Both the position numbers and the translations under genes were made by a program. Below the pieces are notes generated by a model. That model was not told the origin of the DNA. It made no database searches and saw only the letters and a list, made by a program, of their open reading frames with translations. Positions 52,196 through 61,676 of a stretch of 64,000 nt of DNA are shown here, piece by piece; position 1 is the stretch's first letter; the number at the start of each line of letters is the position of its first letter. This DNA is from a virus. Its lineage: Duplodnaviria > Heunggongvirae > Uroviricota > Caudoviricetes. The stretch spans positions 1-64,000 of IMG/VR virus record IMGVR_UViG_3300045744_000007, one strand, 5' to 3'.

Positions 52196-53058
52196 CGTTC
52201 GACTCGAAGCTGTCCCTGAGCTGGTCAGGGCTCCGGGCGTTCGAGGAGTGCCACAACCGCTCCCGTCTCATCCGGGCAGGGAAGCGCGCGAAGCTGCAAG
52301 ATGTGCGGGGTTTCTTCCATGGCACGGTGGTCGACCGTGTGATGCGGGAGTGGCTGGAGGATCCAGACCTTCCCGCTGGCGCGATGAAGAAGCTCGTTCC
52401 AGAGATCTTGGAGCGCGAAGAGCAGGCAGCCAAGGACAACGGGGACGGGGTCGTGCGGTGGAAGTACGCCGACGACAAGGCTGAGGTGACGGCCTGGTGC
52501 ATCGAGCTGGTGACGCGCCTGGAGCCGATCCTGCACCAGTACGTGACGCCGTACGACTACGAACCGGCCAGGAGGTTCAAGACGCCGCTGACGATCCCGG
52601 GCTTGTATGGGAGCCCGGTGGTCGTGTGGTTGGTCGGGGAGACCGACCTGCTGGTCCGGCCGGACAAGTACGAGGTCTTCGACCTCAAGGGGACGGCCGA
52701 CGAGAACTACTGGCGCAAGACGTTGGGTCAGCTCGTGTTCTACGACCTCGATATCGAGGCCGAGTTCGGGGAGCCGTGCTCGCGGGTCGGGCTGATTCAG
52801 CCGATGTGCAAGGAGATGGTGAAGACCTGGACCGTCACCGAGCAGCAACGGCGGGAGATGGTTCAGCGGATCACCGCCTTCGCTCATGGGGTCTGGAAGA
52901 AGGACGCCACCTACGCGGAGGACCGGGAGGCGTGCAAGTTCTGCCCGACCAAGCACGCCTGTGACCGGTTCAAGCCGCGCTTCGTGACGCCGGAGCGCCG
53001 GTTGTCGATCGAGGCCATGAGAGCTGCCGTGCAGTCTCCGCCAGTGCCAGAGTCGTAG
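52192..53058 (+). CDS. PD-(D/E)XK nuclease with C-terminal Cys cluster (Cas4/RecB-like)
   Basis: GTG overlapping stop; ECHNRSR..., D..D..EVFDLKG motif pattern; CKFCP..C cluster. Confidence 0.6.
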   Translation: MTFDSKLSLSWSGLRAFEECHNRSRLIRAGKRAKLQDVRGFFHGTVVDRVMREWLEDPDLPAGAMKKLVPEILEREEQAAKDNGDGVVRWKYADDKAEVTAWCIELVTRLEPILHQYVTPYDYEPARRFKTPLTIPGLYGSPVVVWLVGETDLLVRPDKYEVFDLKGTADENYWRKTLGQLVFYDLDIEAEFGEPCSRVGLIQPMCKEMVKTWTVTEQQRREMVQRITAFAHGVWKKDATYAEDREACKFCPTKHACDRFKPRFVTPERRLSIEAMRAAVQSPPVPES

Positions 53059-53066
53059 GTATCTGG

Positions 53067-53315
53067 GTGGGAGACGCACTGAGCCGGTTGACTGACCTAG
53101 AGAACCGGATTGAAGTCTTGCGCGCTGAGCAGGCGAAGGCGCGGGCTGTTCAAGAGGCAGCGCAGGCCCGTCGTGATGAGGTCTGGAATCAGCTCGGTAG
53201 CGAGTTCCAGATCCTTGACGAGGCCGCCCTGGAGGCGCGAGTCGTGTCGTTGGAGTCCGAGTTGAACGCTGAGCTGGACTCCGTCCAAGAAGCTTTGAGG
53301 AGGAGCATTGGCTGA
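53067..53315 (+). CDS. coiled-coil protein
   Basis: GTG; heptad-rich. Confidence 0.45.
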   Translation: MGDALSRLTDLENRIEVLRAEQAKARAVQEAAQARRDEVWNQLGSEFQILDEAALEARVVSLESELNAELDSVQEALRRSIG

Positions 53316-54528
53316 GGGATCGGTTCTGGACGGTCTGGCCCCGATCGAGGTGGAGGAGGTTGGCCCGAAGACGGAGGTCGATCCGGACGCCGGGGATGTG
53401 ATTCTCGAGTTCACGATCAAGCGCTTCCTGGCTGCTGGCCTCTTCAGCAAGGCTGCGTCGGTGGTGCCGAGCAAGGAACTGATGCCCGTTCTCAAGAACT
53501 TCTGGGTTGAGGCCGACGAGGATTCCCTGCGGGTGGTGGCGACCGACCTGGAGCTGAGCATCATCTCCTCGACGCAGATGGTCACGATCCTGAAGCCGGG
53601 CTCGGCCATCTTCCCGGCCGACAAGATCCGGGACATCGTTCGTGAGTGCGCCGATGACGAGATGCAGTTCACCGTGCGCTCCAGTGAGGGGAAGCCTTCG
53701 GCCACGATCCGGGTGGGGAAGGCGAGCTGGGTCCTGCGGTTGTCTCCCTCGGATGACTTCCCGGCACTGTCGGAGGTCGGGGACGTCGAGCTGGAGAAGG
53801 TCAACCGGTTGGACTTCCTGAACGCCCTGTTGGGAGTGCGGTACGCCGCTTCCCGGGACGCCAACCGGACCAACCTTCAGATGATTCAGATCAAGGACGA
53901 GAAGGTCACGGCCAGCGACGGGACGCGGATCCAGCAGGTGCGTCTCAAGGGCTTCACGAGGCACCTTCAGATCCCGATCGGGGCAGTGGACGACCTGGTG
54001 AAGCTCCTCCAGACCACGGAGCTGGAGACGATCGGGATCGGGGAGACCGACTCCTTCCTGGTGTTCGCGGTGGGGAACGACTTCTTCTTGGCGAACACGC
54101 TCTCCGACGACTTCCCGGAGAACATGGAGTCACTGATCCTCAAGAGCCTGATGAACAACACGCAGAAGCTCGTGGTCGACCACGAGGAGCTGTGGGACGC
54201 GGTGCGGCGGGTGAGGATCAACGCCGACCCGGAGACCAGTGCGGTCGTCTTGGACATCAAGCCGGGCTCGGTGACGGTCCGGAGTCGGGACAAGCTCGGG
54301 AACACCTCGACCGAGAAGATCAACGCAGGCTGGGATGGTCCGGAGCGTCGAGTCGCGGTGAACCACAAGTTCCTGGGTGAGCTGATCTCGATGTCGGACG
54401 CTAAGGCGTGTGAGTTCTACCTGTCTTCCGACCTGAAGGCCAAGAAGTCCTCGCTCATGATCAAGGACGAAGCGAGGGGTAGTTTCGGTTCGATCAATCA
54501 GATGCACCCTGACTTGGCCGGGATGTGA
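53308..54528 (+). CDS. dnaN: DNA polymerase III beta sliding clamp-like protein
   Basis: TTG after GAGGAGG; ~400 aa; N-terminal LEFTIKRFLAAGL...TDLELSII resembles DnaN domain I. Confidence 0.6.
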   Translation: MAEGSVLDGLAPIEVEEVGPKTEVDPDAGDVILEFTIKRFLAAGLFSKAASVVPSKELMPVLKNFWVEADEDSLRVVATDLELSIISSTQMVTILKPGSAIFPADKIRDIVRECADDEMQFTVRSSEGKPSATIRVGKASWVLRLSPSDDFPALSEVGDVELEKVNRLDFLNALLGVRYAASRDANRTNLQMIQIKDEKVTASDGTRIQQVRLKGFTRHLQIPIGAVDDLVKLLQTTELETIGIGETDSFLVFAVGNDFFLANTLSDDFPENMESLILKSLMNNTQKLVVDHEELWDAVRRVRINADPETSAVVLDIKPGSVTVRSRDKLGNTSTEKINAGWDGPERRVAVNHKFLGELISMSDAKACEFYLSSDLKAKKSSLMIKDEARGSFGSINQMHPDLAGM

Positions 54529-54531
54529 GTC

Positions 54532-54840
54532 ATGAGCGAGTTCTGCCAGCACACGGATCGAACGGGGAAGCGATGCGTCCTGGGGAAGCATTCCAATTCC
54601 AACCACGAGATGCAGCCAGCTTCCTCGTCGTCGGTAAGGACGATCGTGAGGCAAGAGGAGTTGGAGCGACGCCTGACAGACTCTCCGGTGGAGAAGGTGG
54701 TGAAGGCCCTGGACGAGGTGACCGGGAATGCCCCTGCTCCGGACTCCTCTGCGTCGAGAACCGAGATGTGGGCGACGGAGAGACGGACCGGTGTGGAGAC
54801 TGTGGACGTGAGTGCCTCGGAGACTTCCACGAAGCCCTGA
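54532..54840 (+). CDS. hypothetical protein
   Basis: ATG 4 nt after stop. Confidence 0.5.
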   Translation: MSEFCQHTDRTGKRCVLGKHSNSNHEMQPASSSSVRTIVRQEELERRLTDSPVEKVVKALDEVTGNAPAPDSSASRTEMWATERRTGVETVDVSASETSTKP

Positions 54841-54850
54841 GAGAGACGCT

Positions 54851-55504
54851 GTGACCCTGGCTCGCCTCAAGGAGCTGGAGTCGGGGGTCAAGGACGCAAG
54901 GCGCGCACTGGACCAGTTGCAGGGCCGAGCCTCGGCACTGGGACAGGCTGGTAAGCGAGTGGAGTCCGAGATCTCCGACCTGGAGATGAAAGCAGTAAAC
55001 CTGGAGAAGGCGACGGCGCTTCTCACGAAGATCGGAGAAGACCGGCAGTCCGCCGCTCAGGAGCAGGTCGAGACGCTGGTGACCAGAGGATTGCAGACGA
55101 TCTTCGGTGAGGATCTGAGCTTTCATCTGGTCACCGCGCCGCGAGGCAAGACCGCCGGGACGGAATTCGTCGTCCGGACGACTCTTTCTGACGGCTCCAC
55201 GATCGACACTCCGGTGCTGGAGGCCAGAGGGGGTGGTCTCGCCGCAACGGTGGGCTTTCTACTTCGACTCGTGGTCATCCTTCTGAGCGAGTCGAAATCC
55301 TCCCTGTTGGTCCTGGACGAGACCTTCGCGATGGTCTCGGACGAGTATCTGGGGAGACTCTCGGAGTTCATCCGGGAGATCGTGGACAGCACTGGAGTGC
55401 AGATAGTCATGGTGACGCACCAGCCAGCGTTCACCGAGCACGGAGACGTGGTCTATCGATTCGGGCTCAAGGACGGTAAGACCGTCGTGAGCCGAGAAGG
55501 CTGA
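54851..55504 (+). CDS. SbcC/Rad50-like ATPase, C-terminal half (Walker B, D-loop, H-loop)
   Basis: GTG after GAGAGAG; coiled coil then LLVLDETFAMVSDE and VMVTHQ motifs. Confidence 0.6.
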   Translation: MTLARLKELESGVKDARRALDQLQGRASALGQAGKRVESEISDLEMKAVNLEKATALLTKIGEDRQSAAQEQVETLVTRGLQTIFGEDLSFHLVTAPRGKTAGTEFVVRTTLSDGSTIDTPVLEARGGGLAATVGFLLRLVVILLSESKSSLLVLDETFAMVSDEYLGRLSEFIREIVDSTGVQIVMVTHQPAFTEHGDVVYRFGLKDGKTVVSREG

Positions 55505-55558
55505 ACCGAGCCAGGGCCCAGCTCAAAGAAGAGGGTCCACCGAACGAGGGAGACATCG

Positions 55559-58500
55559 ATGGCGAATCGAACGCCGACCTTCATTGACGAGTTCGTCCGA
55601 GCGAACCAGCATCGCTTCGATATGCCGGTCCAGTACCTCGGGGACGAGCCGAACTCGTATCGGAAGGACTGGGATACCTCGACCGTCCGAGCCCTGCTCG
55701 CCGCCTCCTGGCCGTATCAGGCGGCAGCCGGGAACCAGTCGATCCCAGCGGTCTACAAGGCGATCAACATCGGTGAGAGCGTGAGGGGAGGTAGGCCGTT
55801 CCTGTGCGATCGGTACTACCTCCCCGCCACCCCTCGTGACCTCAAGACGTTCGAGCGCGAGGGCGTGCCGGTCTTCGGGATCGAGTCCAAGCACCAGATG
55901 CGGGACTTCGACGTGGTGATGACCTCGATCTCCTACCCGGTGCTGAGCCTGAGCTTCGTCAAGCTGCTCAAGATGAGCGACATGCCGGTTCGTCGGCGTG
56001 AGCGGGTGGTGCGTGAGGACTACCCGATGGTCATGGTCGGGGGACAGAGCTATGGGGCACCAGAAGTCCTGGCTCCGATCATCGACTGCTTCTGGCTGGG
56101 GGAGGTCGAGGAGGAGCCCGACAACCCTGGGATCGGGACGGTGTTCGCGAGGATCGAGCAGTTCAAGATGGAGGGCCGGTGGCAAACCGACCGGTTGGGA
56201 TGTTACCGAGATCTGGCTCGCGAATTCAATTTCCTGTATTTCCCTGAGTTCGTTGACGTCCAGTACGAATACGAGGACCGGTCGGCCTTCGGTGTCGGGG
56301 TGGAGATCGACTCCCGGGGCCAGAAAGGCATCGGCCTCAACGAGGACGGATCGGTTCGTCTGTCCAAGCAGGTCTACTCGTTCAAGTCGAACCTGACCGG
56401 GCTTCGGATGCCGTTCCTCAAGCGGATCGTGAAGGACTTCAACAAGGTCGAGCCGCTCACCAACCCGCCGCTTCTGTACTCCGACCCTGGGATGGGAGCC
56501 GGTGACCTGGAGGTGGCACGAGGCTGCCCGGCATGGTGCACCTTCTGTGCGCTGACCTACCGGACCAAGCCCTACCGGGAGCGGGATGTCGCCTTCATGG
56601 CGAAGTACGCGCAGGACTTCATCAAGAACATGGGGTCCACGCACCTGACGCCCTTCAGCCCGGACCTGCCGATGTACCCGCGTCGGAAGGAACTGATCAA
56701 GACGCTGCTGGAGCAGGCGTCCGACGAGGTCGACGCGGGCGCGATGCGAGTGGACGACTTCATTGCCGACTCGGACTTCATCACCTTGCAGGTCTATGGG
56801 GGGATGGACGGGGTCACGCTCGGGGTCGAGGGCAACTCCCAGCGGATGCGCGACCTGGTGGGCAAGGGGACGTCGGACAAGGACGTGGAGGAGGCCGTCG
56901 CTCGGGCCATCCATGCAGGGGTCAAGAAGATCAAGCTGTTCATGATCTCGAACCTGCCGGGTGAGAACGAGGGCGACGTGATGAGGGTGTTGCAGCTCGC
57001 TCGGAACCTGGCCGACATCAGGGACCAGTCGGGGCAGCCCAACGTCCGGATCCAGTTCTCCTGGACGCCTCTGATGATCGAGGCCAACACGCCGTTCCAG
57101 TGGTTCCCGGCCCCGTCGAGTACGCGTGCTCTGGGAGATGTGTGGGAGGAGTTCCGCGCTCTCAAGATCGCGTTCAAGCTCGGGGGCAAGAGTGAGAAGA
57201 ACAAGTCCACGTTCTTCCAGCTCTGCCAGCGGGCGTCGCGGGAGGTCGGTGAGGCCCTGGTCGACGCCATGATTGAGCTGGACACCGCGTGCTGGGGAGG
57301 GGTCCCCAAGACGAGCGAGAACAAGCTCGGGATGCACGACACGATCCTGCTCAAGCTGGCCGAGCATGGTTTCCTGAACGGCCTGGAGGACTGCTTCGAT
57401 GAGCGGACCAAGTCCGACATGTTCGGGTGGGAGTTCATCGATCAGGGGATCAGCCCGGAGCTTCTGTGGGTGACGTACCAGCAGATGTTGGAGTTCGTGG
57501 AGAACACCGACGCGCACACCTACGACGAGAACTTCGATGACTCGTATCACGGCAGTGAGTGGATCGCCCGGTGCGATACGCAGTGCATGGGGAAGACCTG
57601 TGGGGTGTGCGACCACAAGGACCTGAAGCTGCGCCGGGAGTACATCGTCGCGAGCCGGAACGACTACCAGGTGACGCCGTCCGATCTTCGACCGATCGAC
57701 CAGCGGTCGGAGGTCATGAGGATCCGGGCCAAGCTGGTGAAGTCCGACCGGTACCGGCAGATCATGAACGATCACTGGCGGTTCAATCTGCGGCGCGCAG
57801 CGAACCAGGCGTTCGACGCCCTGGGGTTCCCTGGCTTCCTTTCCAAGAGGTCGATCCGGTTCGTCTCCGACGACATCAAGTACCGGGACTGGACCAGTGG
57901 TGTGGACTACGTCGAGTTCGCGCTGACCAGAAAGATGTCTGTCCCTGAGGTGAAGGCTCTGCTGGACGAGATGAACGCTCGCCTGCTCGCCGTGCCGGGG
58001 GAGGAGGAGACCCGCTGGTTCAAGATCACGGACTGGCAGAGGTTCTCGGCTTCCGCCCCGAACATGAGGACGGACATCGACTACTCCCTCTGGGAGCTGG
58101 AGCTGAACGACGACCCGGGGAAGGTGTTGGGGAAGCTGGCGATCTGGGACGAAGCCGAGGAAGTGAGTATGACCCTCAAGCAGGAGGGTGGTTACTACTC
58201 GGCTGGTCCTGAGGTGGTCAACGCCAAGGAGTACGTCAAGGACATGTGGCTGGTGAAGGACGGCCATCGGCTGTTCCTTCGGATGCTTCTCAAGGGACGA
58301 CCGAGTCCCTACAACATCTATGCCGCACTGATGCAGAAAGCGTCGTGGTTGGAGGCTGCCGCCATCCCGGCGCGTCGGATCGATGCGTTCGTGGAGATGG
58401 ACGAGGACCAGTACGACTTCTTCCGGGTGGCGTGCGAATCGTGTGAGAAGGTCATCCCGGTCAACGTCCTGGACAAGCCGTACGACCTGAACTACTGCCC

Positions 58501-58561
58501 GGTGTGTAAGGACCGAGTCGAGGGAAAGACCCTCGCTCCCTTGGAGATGGCGAGTCGGTGA
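55559..58561 (+). CDS. radical SAM enzyme, large (1000 aa), B12-binding-type
   Basis: RBS GAGGGAGACATCG; CPAWCTFC CxxxCxxC cluster near residue 320; N-terminal region resembling B12-binding Rossmann. Confidence 0.7.
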   Translation: MANRTPTFIDEFVRANQHRFDMPVQYLGDEPNSYRKDWDTSTVRALLAASWPYQAAAGNQSIPAVYKAINIGESVRGGRPFLCDRYYLPATPRDLKTFEREGVPVFGIESKHQMRDFDVVMTSISYPVLSLSFVKLLKMSDMPVRRRERVVREDYPMVMVGGQSYGAPEVLAPIIDCFWLGEVEEEPDNPGIGTVFARIEQFKMEGRWQTDRLGCYRDLAREFNFLYFPEFVDVQYEYEDRSAFGVGVEIDSRGQKGIGLNEDGSVRLSKQVYSFKSNLTGLRMPFLKRIVKDFNKVEPLTNPPLLYSDPGMGAGDLEVARGCPAWCTFCALTYRTKPYRERDVAFMAKYAQDFIKNMGSTHLTPFSPDLPMYPRRKELIKTLLEQASDEVDAGAMRVDDFIADSDFITLQVYGGMDGVTLGVEGNSQRMRDLVGKGTSDKDVEEAVARAIHAGVKKIKLFMISNLPGENEGDVMRVLQLARNLADIRDQSGQPNVRIQFSWTPLMIEANTPFQWFPAPSSTRALGDVWEEFRALKIAFKLGGKSEKNKSTFFQLCQRASREVGEALVDAMIELDTACWGGVPKTSENKLGMHDTILLKLAEHGFLNGLEDCFDERTKSDMFGWEFIDQGISPELLWVTYQQMLEFVENTDAHTYDENFDDSYHGSEWIARCDTQCMGKTCGVCDHKDLKLRREYIVASRNDYQVTPSDLRPIDQRSEVMRIRAKLVKSDRYRQIMNDHWRFNLRRAANQAFDALGFPGFLSKRSIRFVSDDIKYRDWTSGVDYVEFALTRKMSVPEVKALLDEMNARLLAVPGEEETRWFKITDWQRFSASAPNMRTDIDYSLWELELNDDPGKVLGKLAIWDEAEEVSMTLKQEGGYYSAGPEVVNAKEYVKDMWLVKDGHRLFLRMLLKGRPSPYNIYAALMQKASWLEAAAIPARRIDAFVEMDEDQYDFFRVACESCEKVIPVNVLDKPYDLNYCPVCKDRVEGKTLAPLEMASR

Positions 58562-59247
58562 CGAGAAATCTGCGGGTGATCGTTCCAACGAGGGAACGAC
58601 CAAGGAATGCAGCTCGCCTGCTCAAGGCGTTCGAGAGCACGATCGGGGATGACACCAGGGTCATCTTCGCGGTGGACGAGGACGACCCCAAGCTGGGGGA
58701 CTACCTGCGGTTGGACGCGGAGGTCAGGGTTCGTCCGACCAAGACGATGGTCGACGCCTTGAACCGGACCGCCCTGGAGATTGCGGGTGTCTACTTCGCG
58801 CTCGGGTTTATGGGGGACGACCATCTCCCCCGTACGAAGAGCTGGGACGTGGCCTATCTGGACTACCTGGAGGAGGTGGGGGTCGGGATCGTCTATGGGA
58901 ACGACCTTCTTCAGGGCGATGCGTTGCCGACGCAGTGCGCGATGACGGCCAACATCGTGACCGTCCTGGGGCAGATGGCTCCGCCTCAGCTCTCGCATCT
59001 CTACGTGGATGACTACTGGCTCGCTCTCGGAACTCGCACCGGCTGTATCTGTTATATGCAGGGAGTCCAGATCGAGCACATGCATCCTGGAGCAGGAAAG
59101 GCAGTTCCTGATTCTGGTTACGCGAGAGTGAATGGCTTCGACGTGACCGATAAGGCGGCCTGGTCGCAGTACCAGGAAGAGGGTCGTCTGGACGCTGACG
59201 TGCTTCAGGTGAAGATGCTTCAGAAGTTCCGGGAGCCGGGCGAGTGA
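58558..59247 (+). CDS. GT-A fold glycosyltransferase
   Basis: VIVPTRERP N-terminus and AVDEDD DxD-like motif. Confidence 0.55.
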   Translation: MTRNLRVIVPTRERPRNAARLLKAFESTIGDDTRVIFAVDEDDPKLGDYLRLDAEVRVRPTKTMVDALNRTALEIAGVYFALGFMGDDHLPRTKSWDVAYLDYLEEVGVGIVYGNDLLQGDALPTQCAMTANIVTVLGQMAPPQLSHLYVDDYWLALGTRTGCICYMQGVQIEHMHPGAGKAVPDSGYARVNGFDVTDKAAWSQYQEEGRLDADVLQVKMLQKFREPGE

Positions 59248-60119
59248 GGCAGACTGCGCTCGTGACCGGATCGAGTGGGTTCCTCGGTCGGCACTTCTCT
59301 GACGAGCTTCGGAGTCGCGATTTCAACGTGGTCGAGTGCGACACGGCCGTGGGGGTCAACGCTCTCGACCTGTTCCGGCGAGACGTCGAGCCCAACCGCT
59401 ACGACCTGGTTGTCCACTGTGCCGCCGTCGAGCCGCATCGAGCCGCCATCGACTCTCTCCCGGACCACCTGGCCGCCAACCTCCAACTGGACTCGGCCAT
59501 GTTCCGGTGGGCGCTCAGGACGCGTCAGCGTCGGGTGCTCTACATCTCCAGCTCGGCCGTGTACCCGGTGCGCTACCAGCAGTGGGTGTCTCACGCCAAG
59601 CTCCGGGAAGAGCACACCGACGCTGACGAGGTGCCGTTCGATGACTACGGTTGGCTAAAGCTGACCGGGGAGCGGATGGCGAAGATGCTGAACGGGGCAG
59701 GAGTGCCCGTGCACGTCGTGAGGCCGTTCTCCGGCTATGGGGAGGACCAGAGCACCAACTTCCCGTTCGGTGCCTTCAGGGAGCGAGCCAAGGCCCGGCA
59801 GGACCCCTTCGAGATCTGGGGAGACGCGACTCAGGTACGGGACTGGATCCATGTCTCCGACGTGGTGAAGGGGGCTCTGGCAATCGTGGATGCCGACGAG
59901 AGGCGGCCGGTGAACCTCTGTACCGGCACCGGGACCAGCATGCTCGGCCTGTCGGATCTGTTCACCCGAGCGGCTGGGTACCAGCCTGAGGTCAAGGTGC
60001 TCAAGAACAAGCCGATGGGTGTCTCCTATCGAGTGGGAAACCCCTACCGGATGCTTCGGCACTATGTGCCGGAAGTGTCCATCGAGGCAGGGGTCGAGAG
60101 GGCGATGAGTAGTGCTTGA
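59244..60119 (+). CDS. NAD-dependent epimerase/dehydratase (SDR family)
   Basis: VTGSSGFLGRHF Rossmann motif; Y..K catalytic pattern. Confidence 0.75.
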   Translation: MRQTALVTGSSGFLGRHFSDELRSRDFNVVECDTAVGVNALDLFRRDVEPNRYDLVVHCAAVEPHRAAIDSLPDHLAANLQLDSAMFRWALRTRQRRVLYISSSAVYPVRYQQWVSHAKLREEHTDADEVPFDDYGWLKLTGERMAKMLNGAGVPVHVVRPFSGYGEDQSTNFPFGAFRERAKARQDPFEIWGDATQVRDWIHVSDVVKGALAIVDADERRPVNLCTGTGTSMLGLSDLFTRAAGYQPEVKVLKNKPMGVSYRVGNPYRMLRHYVPEVSIEAGVERAMSSA

Positions 60120-60441
60120 TCTCGACACGGTCGACGTGGCCGAACTCCGGGACTGTGAGGACCGGGAGTGTCTGGAGGAGAACGGTCCGAAGACGGCCGA
60201 ACCCGAGCAAGACGGAGACCACAAATACTGGGCCTGCACGGTCTGTGGGTTCGAGTTCGGGTGGGTGAAGATCGATAGTCAGCCCATCTCGGCCAGTGCC
60301 GAAGGACACTGCGCGGTGGGTGTCCCGGCTGAGCTGAGACGTGCAGCGAGTGGGGTTGCGGAGGGAGCCGCAGCGAAGCTGGAGAGAGGCTCCACCAAGG
60401 TTCCGCTGGGTCTCACGATCAAGAAGAGGCCCGGCCTCTAG
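60112..60441 (+). CDS. Cys-rich hypothetical protein
   Basis: GTG overlapping stop; CEDREC...CTVCG motifs. Confidence 0.5.
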   Translation: MLDLDTVDVAELRDCEDRECLEENGPKTAEPEQDGDHKYWACTVCGFEFGWVKIDSQPISASAEGHCAVGVPAELRRAASGVAEGAAAKLERGSTKVPLGLTIKKRPGL

Positions 60442-60460
60442 CTTCCGTGGAGGTTCGGCC

Positions 60461-61396
60461 TTGTCGTTCCTGGATTACCCCACACGCCTTCGGCCGTCTC
60501 CTCCGGCACAGCCCCATCTCAGACTGGTAGACCACCTTCAGACGCGCCGTCCGTTCGCTCAGACGGTCGACTATCTGACCGGGGTCACGTACCCGATGTA
60601 CGACAACGACAAGATCGGGGATTGTGGGCTCGCGGCACCAGGGCATCAGATTCAGTCCTGGAGCTTCTTCGGTAACGGGAACCTCTTCACCCCGGAGCCA
60701 GAAGCCATTATCGAGGCGTACAGCGCAGTAAGTGGTTATGACCCCAAGACGGGGGCGAACGACACTGGCGTTGTCTTGCAGGACGTCTTGTCGTACTGGA
60801 GGAAGACCGGGATCGGTGGCAACACCATCACCGTGTTCGCCTCTGTGGACGTGTCGCAGCCCGACGAGATCGACGCGGCGATCGAGGCGTTCGGGTCACT
60901 GTTGGTGGGAGTGAACCTCCCCAAGACGGCGGCGAAGCAGTTGGACGATGGGCAGCCCTGGGACTACGTGAGAGGGAGTGGTGACGGCGCACCTGGTTCC
61001 TGGGGTGGGCACGCGATCCACGTCGGGGCGTTCGATCGTGTCCATGGTGTGAGGGCGTGTACGACCTGGGGCGCGATCCAGCTCATGAGCGACTCGTTCT
61101 GGAAGCACTACGCCTTCGAGGCGTGGGTGGCCGTGAGCACGCTCTGGGTGGACACGAACAAGGACGGGATCGGGGCTATCGACCTTCGCTCGCTGGGTCA
61201 GGCGTTCGTTGACTTGGTGCCCGGAGCGAGCAACCCATTCCCGGACGTGCCGAACCCGGTAGTTGACATGAAGGCAAAGACAGAGGCGGACCTGCTGCCC
61301 GAGGCTCAGGCGTGGGTGGGCAGGAAGTGGCACACGACCTCGGCCAACAGGAGTCTTCGGGCCGTACTGGAGCCGTGGATCGGCGCGCGTATCTGA
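60461..61396 (+). CDS. putative Cys-His peptidase (NlpC/P60- or papain-like, tentative)
   Basis: TTG 7 nt after GGAGG; GDCGLAA...GGHAIHVG Cys/His pattern. Confidence 0.4.
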   Translation: MSFLDYPTRLRPSPPAQPHLRLVDHLQTRRPFAQTVDYLTGVTYPMYDNDKIGDCGLAAPGHQIQSWSFFGNGNLFTPEPEAIIEAYSAVSGYDPKTGANDTGVVLQDVLSYWRKTGIGGNTITVFASVDVSQPDEIDAAIEAFGSLLVGVNLPKTAAKQLDDGQPWDYVRGSGDGAPGSWGGHAIHVGAFDRVHGVRACTTWGAIQLMSDSFWKHYAFEAWVAVSTLWVDTNKDGIGAIDLRSLGQAFVDLVPGASNPFPDVPNPVVDMKAKTEADLLPEAQAWVGRKWHTTSANRSLRAVLEPWIGARI

Positions 61397-61412
61397 ATAG
61401 GGAGAGACAGCG

Positions 61413-61676
61413 ATGGCGGTGAGTCGGAAGTACGGGAAGGTCACCTTCGAGCGGGGGACGATCGAGGAGGCCGAGCCCGTCTTCGTGGTGAGGGCAAGAG
61501 ATCTGGCTGGTCCTTCGGTGGTCCGGCAGTACAAGTGGCTGTGCGAGGCGCTCAAGTCGCCCGACTCCCACCTGTACGACCTGGACGCACTCCGGACCGA
61601 GATGTGGGCGTGGCAGGCGAAGCACGCACGTAAGATCCCCGGCCTCCCTCTGGTGGGGGAGGGCGAGAGTGCCTGA
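61413..61676 (+). CDS. hypothetical protein
   Basis: RBS AGGGAGAGACAGCG. Confidence 0.55.
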   Translation: MAVSRKYGKVTFERGTIEEAEPVFVVRARDLAGPSVVRQYKWLCEALKSPDSHLYDLDALRTEMWAWQAKHARKIPGLPLVGEGESA

